From positions 4,421,454 to 4,485,453 of the forward strand of contig NW_002060946.1 of assembly GCF_000150275.1 (NCBI RefSeq): 64,000 nucleotides of DNA, in the 5' to 3' direction. The translations under genes and the position numbers were made by a program. Of the stretch, positions 41,501-53,912 are shown piece by piece (within the stretch, counting starts at the first letter, position 1; each line of letters starts with the position of its first letter). Origin of the DNA: Trichoplax adhaerens (lineage: Eukaryota > Animalia > Placozoa). The notes beneath the pieces are model-generated. The model searched no databases. It was not told the origin of the DNA and saw nothing but the letters and a program-made list of their open reading frames with translations.

Positions 41501-44500
41501 TCCATAAACGTAAAGCTCTATCGGTAGACCAAGTTACCAATGTGTACTTATCACCTAGAACATAGATATATTAATTAAGATACTAAATACTATAGCAATC
41601 TAAGGGAAGCATCATACAATATTGATACCTGAAAAATTGAAAGGATAACGCCATCTGAAGTCAACGATGACACCATCATATCCTTCAAAGGCATAAATAG
41701 GCGCGGGTTTCACGTTATTCGAAAAGCTAGACACATTCCACAAAAGTAAATTCTGCTCAGATATGGATGTCGGCATTGATGCGGTTACTAATCCATTTTT
41801 GAACGGCTATCATTGAAATTGATAATTGACATTATTATCAGCAAAGAAAATTTCTCTTACAAGTAGTCAATCATACCGTAAAACGAGCTCTCCAGACTGC
41901 AGCTGTATGTGATAAATTATGAGTTGTAGTCAAGTCTTTCGAAGTATCCCAAATCTAGTTTATGAATTACATAGACAGGTTCTATTGTCAAGATACATCC
42001 AATAAATCGTGAAATTGTATGTGCATCTTTGATGTAAGATCATGTAACCTAAAATAGTTACAAGTTCAAAGTCTAGTTATACAGTACATGTACCAACCTT
42101 AACACAGCAATCTTGACCGCATGAAACTAGTACGTTGCCCTGATTATACTTCCAATCTAGGCCGTGAATTTTCAATGAGTGTGCAGTTACGTTTAATAAA
42201 GGGCAATTGCCTTTCTAAATAAACAATCGATCAATCAATTTAGAACAACATTTCTCCAGCGTCGATAAATGAATGACTGTAGTACTATTTTGCTTAATAA
42301 CCCTGTTATCCCATATACGAATTGCTGCATCGTGCGCAGTCGCCATAATATTGGGATTACTTTTATTCCACCGCACTTGAGAAATTCCGGCTGTAGAAGT
42401 TCAATTACAAAATTACAAAGAATCAAGGTGAATATTTAAAACAAGTAGTGTTTAAATACTTTTAACTTTAGTATTATAATAAGTCACGAACTTATGATTC
42501 GTGAATCTAAAAACAAGCAGCATTGTAACTTCGCATGGACTTACTATGTGTACATAACTTTGATACAATTCGATACTGCCTACAGATATTAACCAAAATA
42601 ATCACATTAGCACCAACTACAACTATTAATAATTTGTTTAACAGCGATAAAAACTATTATTCGTATTTGTTTAAATTATCTCGATAAAACATATTCATGC
42701 CTAGTATCCCAAATATAGACGTAGCCATCCATTGAACTTGTCGCTATAACGGAACTTTCAGCGGGCGACCAATCCATATCACTGATTATAATTGTTGGTA
42801 TTAAAAATTTGGTGATTGTAGTTCATTAATGCAATCTACTCTGCTATTGTTACGAAAAATAACACTGCAATTAAATAGCAACATCCTTTATTTATTATCG
42901 TTAAAGTTATATACCTAATTACACGCGTGTGGCCTCTTAGGATACCAACTTCTTCGAAAGCACCATCAGTAAGTTCGGCAATGACAACCTTTTGATTCAA
43001 CTAAATTAGGAAAGATATAAATAAAATTAAAAAACTTTTACTTCAACATGTCATGTATCCGATGATGCTAAATCCTTAATTTAGCTGGCTATTTCTATTA
43101 ATTGTTGAATGAAGGAAAAATTAAATACCAGGAGAGCCATAAAATTACGAGAAGTCACGTGAGGGTTCCATTCCACATTGCTAACATCGAATTTACTAGG
43201 TCTTGTCCATGTAGAAACAATTTTGTCTGGTTCATCTAAATCCACCAAGGCTATTAGTCGACGCCTAAATATTAGAACAGAGCTTCAATATGCCGCGTTA
43301 TACCCAATAAATTCTGATTATAAGGCTTTTTATAGCATTTCACTAATCATTGCCTAAGTCTAATTTATAAGATAAATCTACTGCGTAATTTGGCTGCTGT
43401 TGAAATATCGCTATGAGCAAATATTTGTTTTTAATTAAATTGCATAAATTGAAATTGTTAACATGAGTAGTTAGATCCTTTATGAAAATCGTAAAAGGCA
43501 GTTCTAAGTCAAAAACTATTTAGACATTGTTGCAGTAGCATGAAAGTACAGTATATTAATTTATCATCACACGGGTAAATTCTCAAGCAAATAGACTTTG
43601 CTTTAAAGACATCGAGATTATCTTAGTTAGCCTTACGATGCTAATGCAGCTCGAGCTCCGCTCCCATCAATGGCCATTGCAGTTGCCTGACGATAGTTCA
43701 AAAGCAGATGCATTTATGATATAAAATGCCATTAGGTCACATAATTTATTTATCGTCAATAATTTTATTGTCCCTTATTTTACTTATAAAGATAATGTAA
43801 CGATTAGAAAATTGATTTATTGCTAATGATTAGATTATAATATCGGACTACTACTAAACTAATTTTAAAGATTTTAAAGTAATGATAAATCGTTCATTTT
43901 ACTTTAATACACAATCATTTAGTGTTTACTCAATTTAGTATATTGTCAAATTGACTAACTATGACATGTACATTTGTAACTATCTACTTAGTAATTAATA
44001 TTAATTCACACTTGCTGCATGAAATGCAACGGTAGTCGTTAGTACACGTAACACCAAATGCATGTTAATGTACAATTGCACATTTCATTTAATAAATTGT
44101 GGTGGCATAGCTCATGATTTGATATTTCAAATGCAATGTTGCAGTTGGATTTTTCTATAGTACAGATCATCATAAGTATTTTGACCACACAAGGCGCATC
44201 ATAGTGGTAAGAATCATTTCCTCAATGCAATTGGCTATAGCAATATTGTAGTAGTCAGCTTTCCAAAGTAATATACAGTTAATTTATAAATTTTCTATTT
44301 GCAATAAGTCTTAAGATAAGAAAATTTCTACTATTGTAGTGTACTGTTTTATATGGAGCTTAATTTGACCATCAAGAATAATACTCAGTAAATTGCGAAT
44401 AGTAAGCGTTGCTTATCGATGTCCAACCAACTGCTTAACTGATCGAATGATCGACAGATTAATTATTTTGTTTTAATCCTTTAAAACAATGGCAAATCTC

Positions 44501-44601
44501 TTGGTCCTAGCTCATTCTTGTAAAGTAAATTTGCCAAATTATCATTCCCAATTAATCATTCTACTTACGCGAATATCATGCTTGCAAGTAATAGGCTCCA
44601 T
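38575..44601 (-). CDS. WDR59: GATOR2 subunit WDR59 (WD40 + RWD + C-terminal zinc finger), many exons
   Basis: Exons encode ATAMAIDGSG, LRGHTRVISDMDW, GISQVRWNK, TAHSLKIHGLDW, AVWRARFT|PFKNGLVT, VTWSTDRALRLW, RWD FPEHYPSAPP, ARTSGGRFNSS, HPFGRKLV, LRDVQTLAMM and C-terminal CSVC…CNHGGHYHHLKKWF…CALGCGCCC. Stop at 38575. The start ATG at 44601 (MEPITCKHDIR|) is tentative. Confidence 0.92.
42580..42700 (-). other. Probable GC-AG intron in WDR59
   Basis: The exon ends WDT-AG|GCATGA. The phase-2 GC donor keeps the next two exons (RQYRIVSKLCTH, TGISQVRWNK) in frame; the nearest GT alternative does not. Confidence 0.65.
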
Positions 44602-45300
44602 GGTCGCAACGTATAATCTACAATAGGAGGAATATAATCAATCGCTCAGACGCTTAGTCCCATGTCGTATTCGTTAACGCGAAAAGTAGGTAAAATGTAG
44701 AAATTCAAAAAACACATTTGTAGATGCATCTATAAGCCGGGAGTTGTATAATGATTAATCTAGGAAACTAATGCAACGTTTACCTACATTGCTATTCTCT
44801 AGCACGAATTAGATCAGATGGTCAAGCAGTGTTGCATGTCTTGCAAAAATACATTACAGTGTACTATATACCTGTATAACCTGTGTGCTTCTCCTACTAT
44901 GTATTTGCGATGTTGTAAAATAGTGTAACACTTATCTTACTCCATGAAGACAGTACAGTAATAGCTGATCTATTACGATTCCTATCAGCTAAATATTCAA
45001 AATCTTACTATTCCATCTATTAATTGTAAGAATATTTTGATGAACTTGTATCTAATTGCATGATGATGTAACCTTCAAGTACTGTCGATGTAAACATTGT
45101 GAACATGGTACAAGAAAATGTTCTAGTCCTGTGTATCTCTATTTATCCGTAGTCGAGTTGATACTTACAGTATTTACTTATTTTGCCCAAGACGGTAATA
45201 ATAACTGCTGTATTGCAATTCCTACAGAGTAATCAGAATTATCGGTATTCCCTTTATTTTAAAATTAGTTTATCCGATTTCTTGAAGAGCTAAACTCCGC

Positions 45301-45852
45301 ATCATCCACGATCAATAACAACATCAACAAAGTTCACAATGGTAGCTTACCTATGTACGAGTAGACTTACCCAATCAATCTTTTGGACTACCGACATGTA
45401 TACAGTACGGTAACAATTTGATATGACTCAGAGGTAATAATCTGGATGTACTGAGGCCAATAATCTCGTAACTAAAGCTGTCTTGAAAGGCTGACAACGA
45501 TAAGGTAGAGAAAAAAGTGGGTGATCGATATTCGAAAATTCTTATTCCAGGTTAGCTATGACTATCCAACGCACCACAGAATCATCCACGATCAATAACA
45601 ACAACAACAAAGTTCACAATGGTAGTTTACCTACTGTACGAGTAGACTTACCTAATCAATCTTTGGACTACCGACTTGTATACGTATGGTAACAATTTGA
45701 TATGACTCAGAGATAATAATCTGGATGTACTGAGGCCAATAATCTCATAACTGAAGTTGTCTTGAATAGCTGACAACGATAAGGTAGAGAAAAAAGTGGG
45801 TAATGGATATTCGAAAATTCTTATTCCAGCTTAGCCATGACTGTCCAACGCA
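45301..45852. repeat. Direct tandem duplication, 2 x ~281 bp, in the WDR59/RABGGTA divergent intergenic region
   Basis: ATCATCCACGATCAATAACAAC…TCCAACGCA occurs at 45301 and 45582 with scattered substitutions and indels. Confidence 0.95.
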
Positions 45853-46301
45853 ACCTCCAATTAATCAACTTGGCTCCAGCGTCAGCTACAGTATTACGTA
45901 CAGAACGCACCGTACCATCGATGTACTGTACACTGTAGTCTTATAGTACGCTGTCAAAGTTACAGTATAGGATATCAATTTTGACTTATTGTCTGACGTT
46001 AGACTGCCGTATATAGCCTACCGTATGAGATACGATACGCCTGAAGTAGTTTCACTGTTTTCTAGTAAGCTCCAGCTGACGTCATCGTGGAAAATACATC
46101 TTGGCCAAAAGACTGGTGTTGACTGTCAATTTTCACATTCAGCGTTACGCTATTTACTATGATTCAAATCGAAATAGATTGACATTCTATCATCTTTGCT
46201 CTATCTTCCAGAAGATCGATCAAGACGTCGAGGGCAAAACTATCATTCCATCGGCTTCTATCTGTGGAATTTTCAGCTATTAAGGCAGCTTCTAGCCAAA
46301 G

Positions 46302-49300
46302 ATGGTGAGCAATAGGATCATATTGAGTACACTAACAGTGTCATGTTGCGGTGATAGCATTTAATATCAATACTCTATCCCGCAATACATAACATGGTAG
46401 TATTATGCCACTGAATGAATGCAATAAACGTAGCGGTCGAACACCACAACAACTTGATTATGTTCTTGCTTAATCACAACTGTCAATTAGAAATGAATGC
46501 ATAGAGAAGTGATCATCTAGATTAAGTGATTGAACTAAGATTGGAATCTGTAACGGATAAAATGCTTGATCAGAAGTGCCAATTAGAAATGAATGCATAG
46601 ACAAGTGATCATCTAGATTAAGTGATTGAACTAAGATTGGAAGCTGTAACAGACAAAATGCTTGATCAGAGTGTCAATTAGAAATGAATGCATAGAGAAG
46701 TAATCATCTAGATTAAGTGATTGAACTAAGATTGGAAGCTATAACGGATAAAATGCTTGATCAGAATAGAAATGAATGCATAGAGAAGTAATAATCTAGA
46801 TTAAGCGATTGAACTAAGATTGGAAGCTGTAACAGACAAAATGCTTGATCAGAGTGTCAATTAGAAATGAATGCATAGACAAGTAATCATCTAGATTAAG
46901 TGATTGAACTAAGATTGGAAGGTGTAACAGACAAAATGCTTGATCAGAGTGTCAATTAGAAATGAATGCATAGAGAAGTAATTATCTAGATTAAGTGATT
47001 GAACTAAGATTGGAAGCTGTAACAGACAAAATGCTTGATCAGAGTGTCAATTAGAAATGAATGCATAGAGAAGTAATCATCTAGATTAAGTGATTGAACT
47101 AAGATTGGAAGCTATAACGGATAAAATGCTTGATCAGAATAGAAATGAATGCATAGAGAAGTAATAATCTACATTGAGTGATTGAACTAAGATTGGAAGC
47201 TATAACGGATAAAATGCTTGATCAGAAGTGTCAATCAGAAATGAATGCATAGACAAGTGATCATCTAGATTAAGTGATTTAACTAAGATTGGAAGCTGTA
47301 ACAGACACAATGCTTGATCAGAAGTGTCAATTAGAAATGAATGCATAGAGAAGTAATAATCTACATTGAGTGATTGAACTAAAATTGGAAGCTGTAACGG
47401 ATAAAATGCTGTCATGAGTGGTAATAAGAAGTATGAACGTATTGCATATTCAATAAAATTGTCTACTGTACCTTTTCTCTCCTAGCATGGTAGAGTCAAA
47501 GTTAAGACAACAGCCGAAAAGGAAGCTGAGCGACGTGCTGAGCTGACCAGACGGGCTCATCAATTCGCTCGTGAAACGGATGCTATTTTTACTAAGGTAA
47601 TTAGTTTACTCTGACATAACTAAACATTATTATTCCTTTTCTAGTTTTACACACACGTGTGTACCAGTATAACAGAGGCCTTTATTAATGAATGAATTAA
47701 TTTTATATTATTAGCATGCAATAATTATTATCATAATCATTCAGCTTTCATATGGATAGCTTTCCTTCATAACGTACTATGATTACGTTTTTTATCTGTT
47801 TTGTAGCGTAAAAATGGGGAATTAGACGAAAAAATGCTACAGGATAGTCAAAATTTATTAATGCAAAACCCAGATTTCTATACAGTATGGAATATTCGCC
47901 GGGAAAGTTTCCTATCATTAGCCGAGATCAAGTATCTAACTGAATATCTTAAATTAATTTTAACCTTTGATACTGCAGTAGGAAATCATCTCACTAAAAA
48001 TATCGTACCATTTTGTTAATAAATGGACGAGATAAATTTTGACCTTGTATTCAATTTTTAAATAAGATCTTCATACGAGTATTCAAATGGATTTTTAAAC
48101 AGAGATGATGATGAAATGGAAAAATTATACAATAATGAGCTTGCATTGCTTTTGGCATGTTTGAGAATCAATCCAAAGTCATATGGTGTCTGGTGTCATC
48201 GAAGGTGGATCATGACACATATGAAATATCCAAACTGGCAACATGAACTAGACTTATGCAATAAATATCTAGAATATGATTCCAGAAATTGTAAGTAACT
48301 CTCATAAACTAACTCTTACTATAGATTATGGATTAAATTGTAATTTATTCGTATGTTAATTATTATTCATAAAGACTTTCGTTACTGAGAAAGCTAATGC
48401 AAAAATGTTATGCTACAGTTCACTGTTGGGATCACAGACGCTTCGTAGTTGCATATACAGAAGGAGTTACAGACGTAACGGAGTTAGAATATACAATGAA
48501 GAAAATTAAGCAAACATTTTCTAATTTTTCTGCTTGGCATTATCGGAGTAAATTACTTCTTAAAGTAAATAATAACCTAGAAATACCTAGGAAAGATTCT
48601 ATATGGGTGAAAGAAGGTATAATAGCAACTTTGGCATTTACTATCTGTGGTAGATTTTATTACTAACCTTTAATGTACGCAAGTGTAGTAATAGTAAAAT
48701 CATCTATAATACTGACGTTGATGTATTTATCTTGGAAGAACTCGATTACATTATGAATGCTATTTATACTGATCCTAACGACCAGAGTGCTTGGCTGTAC
48801 CATAAATGGTTGCTCGGTAGAGGTTAGCATTGATGACACTAACGCAGAATTGAAGTATTGTATCTGACTTTCCTCATTTAATATCTTCATAGAAGAAGTA
48901 ACTTCCACCATATGCACACTCTATGTTGCAAAGTATGCTGAACATGAAAATTCTCAAATCAGCGTTATGGTAACTTGGTCACTTCCGCTAACTGTGGATG
49001 AAGCTAACAAAACAGTTATTACTCTAGATGAAAAGCAATTAGACTGTATCTGGAAAAATAATCACAACAACTCTTATGCCTCTCACATTTGGGTATGAAA
49101 TATTGCATTACTACATGTGAATTTCATGAATGTTGATCTAGTTGATCAATTGCGTTACAAAATAGCACTTGCTTCTATAACAAACTAATCACTTAGAAAT
49201 TTACTATGTTGTCCATTCATGTATGCGTTGCATCTAATATTTTTATCTTCTTTTAAGTTCAGTTTACATATACTAACTATGAGTCATGTATGATGATGAT

Positions 49301-50987
49301 TTTAATTACTGATATGTTACTTAAAGTAAAGAATTCTCAGCACACCCAAAGTTAATTAAAATTATCCTAGGATTTGTCAATGAGCCTGAAATACACTGAT
49401 TGAGTGTACCTCCGTTTTACACCGTGAATTGCGTTCGATAATGTGAATGTATTTAAATTATCAAGGTAACCGAGATACAAGGTATCTCTGGCGAACCTCA
49501 TGTCATTCATGCTGGATCAAAAGACCACGGATCATTACAAGTAAATTTAGAAAAAGGTAGTATCTTTTAACGTTAGACTTTCACCCCTTTAAACAACCTT
49601 TATCTTATTCTCGACTTGTCCGTACATGAGTAAAGCTTTTTCAACATTTGTAGTTTTTGTAGTAAATGAAAAAGTCTTTAGAAGAACGCTGCTTCAACAA
49701 CCAGCACGTAAAATCCTTAAAATATTTACTAACGTTTTTATTTGGTAGGGTGTAACAAAGCTTGGGTATTATCAAGAGACGAGAATATGATCAAGTGCGT
49801 CATTCATATGACGTGCAAATATTTATTGATTATGTCCTATGTTTCATTGATGTAAAATCTTAATATTGACTTTTTTATGGAACTTATACAGAGAGAAAAT
49901 GGCTGTCGAATTAGAAACACTAAATACTCAGAAACAACTATTAGATGAACTATATGAAATTGAACCGGAAAACAAATGTAATTTATTAAAACAGAATTAG
50001 TTATAGTATTAACACTTACTACGGTTCTTTATTAAATTTTATGCTCAAAAACTCCAACCCATCGCAGAATGTGTTTATCGATATTAACAAAAAGTTTCGT
50101 TTGATTTTTTACTAGGGTTAACATTATCTCAAATTTACCTCGGTCACGCACTTAATGGCGTCAAACCAGATTATGAATTCTCGGAAGAAGATTTTGATAA
50201 TCTGATTGAAAAATTACTCACGCTCGATCCGAAAAGGAAAGGCTATTATTGTGACTTAAGTAAGCGATTTACTTTCTTTATTCGCTTCATAAGCCATCCA
50301 ATTTTTAAAAGATAATCGTCTTTCTTTAATATTACTTCGTAAATATAGGAAGTAAGATCATTCTTGAAAGATATACTTTAAATTTAATACAAGAACCTTC
50401 CTATCAGGTACTAAGAACTTTTACTATCGTAACAAGTGTAAATGCTGATTTATTAACTATTTTTAAATGATCAATATCAGCAACTTAGAAAGATTGACTT
50501 ATCCAAGAAGCAGTTATCATGTTTGCATTTAATGCACCTTTATTCCCATATAACTGAAATTGATCTGTCGAAGAATGAATTAGTGAATCTTGATGACTGT
50601 AGCCCACTTTATTGTTTGCGTGTTCTAATTGCAAATGATAACTTGGTTAAAAGTCTGAAAAATATACAATACTTGCCAAACCTACAAGAACTGCTGTTAA
50701 AGAATAATGGTATCCTTTGAATTTATATTTATAATTGTACAGCTTACAAAATGCAATTACTACCATACTACTTTTGTCACTAACTATGAATACATATAAT
50801 TCAGTGAAGTACTTAACAACTTTTCAAAGCCATCACCAACATAGATGACCTGCTGCCTCTGCAAGACAGTGCATCAATTAGGTCTCTTGATTTAAGCAAT
50901 AACCCTATTTCCCAACGAAGAAGTTACCGTCAAGATGTGAAACAACTGTTGCCTCAACTACAGACATTAGATGGAGAATTAATCTGA
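46302..50987 (+). CDS. RABGGTA: Rab geranylgeranyltransferase alpha subunit
   Basis: ATG|GTGAGC (46302-46304) joins [13 protein letters not shown] at 47486. Motifs [31 protein letters not shown]|[23 protein letters not shown] and [18 protein letters not shown], then the Ig-like insert and C-terminal LRRs. TGA at 50985-50987. Confidence 0.95.
46481..47411. repeat. Minisatellite, ~10 copies of ~95 bp, in RABGGTA intron 1
   Basis: Unit TGTCAATTAGAAATGAATGCATAGAGAAGTRATCATCTAGATTAAGTGATTGAACTAAGATTGGAAGCTGTAACRGAYAAAATGCTTGATCAGA(A)G. Confidence 0.97.
50710..50829 (+). other. U12-type GT-AG intron (last intron of RABGGTA)
   Basis: Donor GTATCCTTTG is the exact U12 consensus. Branch TACTTAAC lies about 12 nt before the AAAG acceptor, with no long polypyrimidine tract. 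The phase-1 junction LKNN|AITNIDDL falls in an LRR. Confidence 0.88.
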
Positions 50988-52541
50988 GACGGTATAAATA
51001 AATATAGACAAAGATATATTAAAGTGCTTTCTTTAGTTGATAGATTTTGCATGAAATTCATTCAACTCCCAGATATGATGTATTCAAAAATAAAAATAAT
51101 TATAATGTACCATTAATTTCACCTGCTATCTATTCATTGTTAGAGAGTTTAATATTTTTAATATTAATGGCTATATTCTTGAAAGATTTTGAATGCTGAC
51201 GTTTATGTTTTCACGAAATAGGAATAGGTAAATTGATCACCAGCACTAATGTAACGTACAAATGTATCATTCACGTTGTTAATCACTATTCACTGCTGTA
51301 TCATATTGTTGACGACTACTATAGAATTGAAAATAAAATTTCAATTTCTTTTAACTGTTTGGTAAATTTTATCCTGTTTAGAGCAATTTATAGCTACTAA
51401 CGGATACATTAGCCTAATATAAAAAATAAATGTCACCCTTGTGTCCAGATGTCAGTATATCACAGGCAGACAGGCTTGCTACAAATAAATACAATACACT
51501 ATGTAATCCCTCCATTTGTGTGAGGGCACATGTTTTTAAATTATATGATGTATTAATTGCAGTAATTAATGTAAATACATATCACAGAAATGTAGTTAAT
51601 CATATACCCGTATAAATATTATCCAATTACGCAATTAGACTTTAGTTATGGATAGTAATCATTCCAATAATATTTTATTTTATTTAATGAGATAATTAAT
51701 TAATGTGCATACGCTACACTGTGTTGTGTATTTCTATTTGTCCGTGTTACGGAATCAAGGCTACTTCAATAACTTCGTTAGCAAAATGATCTACTTGATT
51801 CCAATTACATTAAGTTTTTAAGACTACTCCACAATAAGTTATAAGTAACCTTGGAAAACCAGTTAATATTTCGATCTACAGAGAATACAAAATCGACATC
51901 ACTTCTATGGCTTCGTTAGGAAAATAATCTACAACTCTATAATTGTGCTTACTACTTTCGGATGCTGTCGAGTAATAGTGTTCCACTGTAGCTCCAACCA
52001 TAATTACGCCATGATTGCACCGTCTGTACCGTACGTCTGTAACTAGAGCACTATACTACTATATACTGTACAGTACAGGACTGCCGCCACCATACTGTAC
52101 TTAGTAAAGTAGCTCTGCTATTTTTCAACGTATTGTAGAGTATAAATAACAGTCAGATGTAAACCGTCTATAGATGTACTGTATACTACAACGCGGACAG
52201 TAGGTCAATCAAGATATTATTTGTAGTATCTCCGCGTCGTGTTGTTTCAGACATCTCCAATTTCACCATTACAAAATCATAACATTTACCCAATTTAATT
52301 TTGGTTGTCTTGTTTACCAATCAATATTCTACTTTTAAAGTTGATTTCATTTTAAGATCCTAAAACGAATCAGTAATTATCCTATTAATAAAAATTACAT
52401 CATCGAAATTGTGAATTTGATCATTCAGCAAAGGCCTTCACCCTTCCTCAACACAACAACGTCCTGTGGTGATTTACTCTTTTTAGAATCCGGATTTGGA
52501 TAGAATATCACGGATTTATCTCTACACTCTTTATAACTGCC

Positions 52542-53912
52542 ATGGATGAAGACGATTATGTTACATTATTAATGGCAGACGAGGAATATTGCACTAGCTG
52601 CATAAATCGTGTTAAAGGTAAGACCATAGAATGTGAAAATTCTGTTAGAAAGATATTTTAGTACCGTTGATGACTAGTAAAAAAATTATGAATCCAATCA
52701 GTTTGATATGATGGCCAATTTGGAGAGACCGTTTTCCACTTTTCAAGGCTAATTCCTTCATGAAAATGAAATTGAATACATTTTTTGACCGATTTTAAAA
52801 ATTGTCTGCGAAATGGACGTATAAAATACACGTACGCTCACGGTAAAAAAAAAAAAAGCATAGTACAGTACTTTACGTAATCGTTCACGATATGAAACTG
52901 ACTGCAGTAACCCATATTTAGTGAAATAGTACTATAGAACTTATTTCCTAATAATAAAACAACCTGATCCCTTAATATGCTTGGTGTACGCAGCGATGAC
53001 ATATACATAATAGGAAAGTTAAAACACAAGACTAATTTGAACAAACTTGAATGCAGATGTACCTGTTAAATGTGTCTTTGCCATAGAGATTATGGTCTGT
53101 ACTGGCTAAGAAACGGACAAGTTTCACAAAGTACAGTACAGTATGGAAAGTTAGCACACCCATTTTACGGTAGTATATTCCTATCGTATATTGGCTTCCT
53201 CTTTAATTTAATGAAAAACTAGGTCATTACACAGCAGTTATCTATTTTGTTATACAGTATAATGACATACATTGATTTACGTATTTCTCAACTTGTATCA
53301 TGAAGTAGGTACAAGTAATGCGATGATATTTATTGATTTATCTGTTGCTTACGTTACTAGAATGTCTGAAAATGATCACAAGAACGATATGCTATTTAGT
53401 TTTAATTGCTCTTTACACCGTAGTGCCTGTCTTCTATGCTATGCAAGGTAAGAGAATATATTAAATTGAATTGATTCATGTGGCAATTATCTAATCAGCT
53501 TTGACTTCATTTTATCTCATTGATCATAGGTTTTTACTTATTCGCTAACGGTTGCCGCCCTCAATATTTCTATTTTGGCCCCGCAACCACATTATTAATG
53601 TCACTATATCTTTTTTCATGCTCAATGATACTGGTGACTTTCTTTGTCCTCTGGAGATTATATCCATCCAGCGTTAACTTGAGACACAATATTGCAAATA
53701 TACTTGCATTTTTCATCGTTATTGGTGTTGGATTTGAGCTAGTTCTGATATATTTTTTACTATTCCAATTTCATAGCAATGTTACATTCGTCCACATCAC
53801 TTTTTGTAACACTACCTTCTTAAGTGTGGCAACAAGTCCATTCCTCTGCCTTTTGTATATGATTATTAATTCTATTTTCCTACCAATTTTTAGATTTAAC
53901 ATTCTAGAGTAA
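52542..53912 (+). CDS. Uncharacterised 181-aa four-transmembrane protein (possibly TMEM272-like)
   Basis: Exons 52542-52617, 53361-53447 and 53530-53912, with AG|GTAAGA donors, are phase-consistent (546 nt). Four hydrophobic segments, with one Cys in each predicted outer loop (ANGCRPQ; TFCNTTF). Confidence 0.7.

Noticed and set aside
47200-47415. 71-aa minus-strand ORF
   Set aside because: It is a translation of the 95-bp minisatellite.
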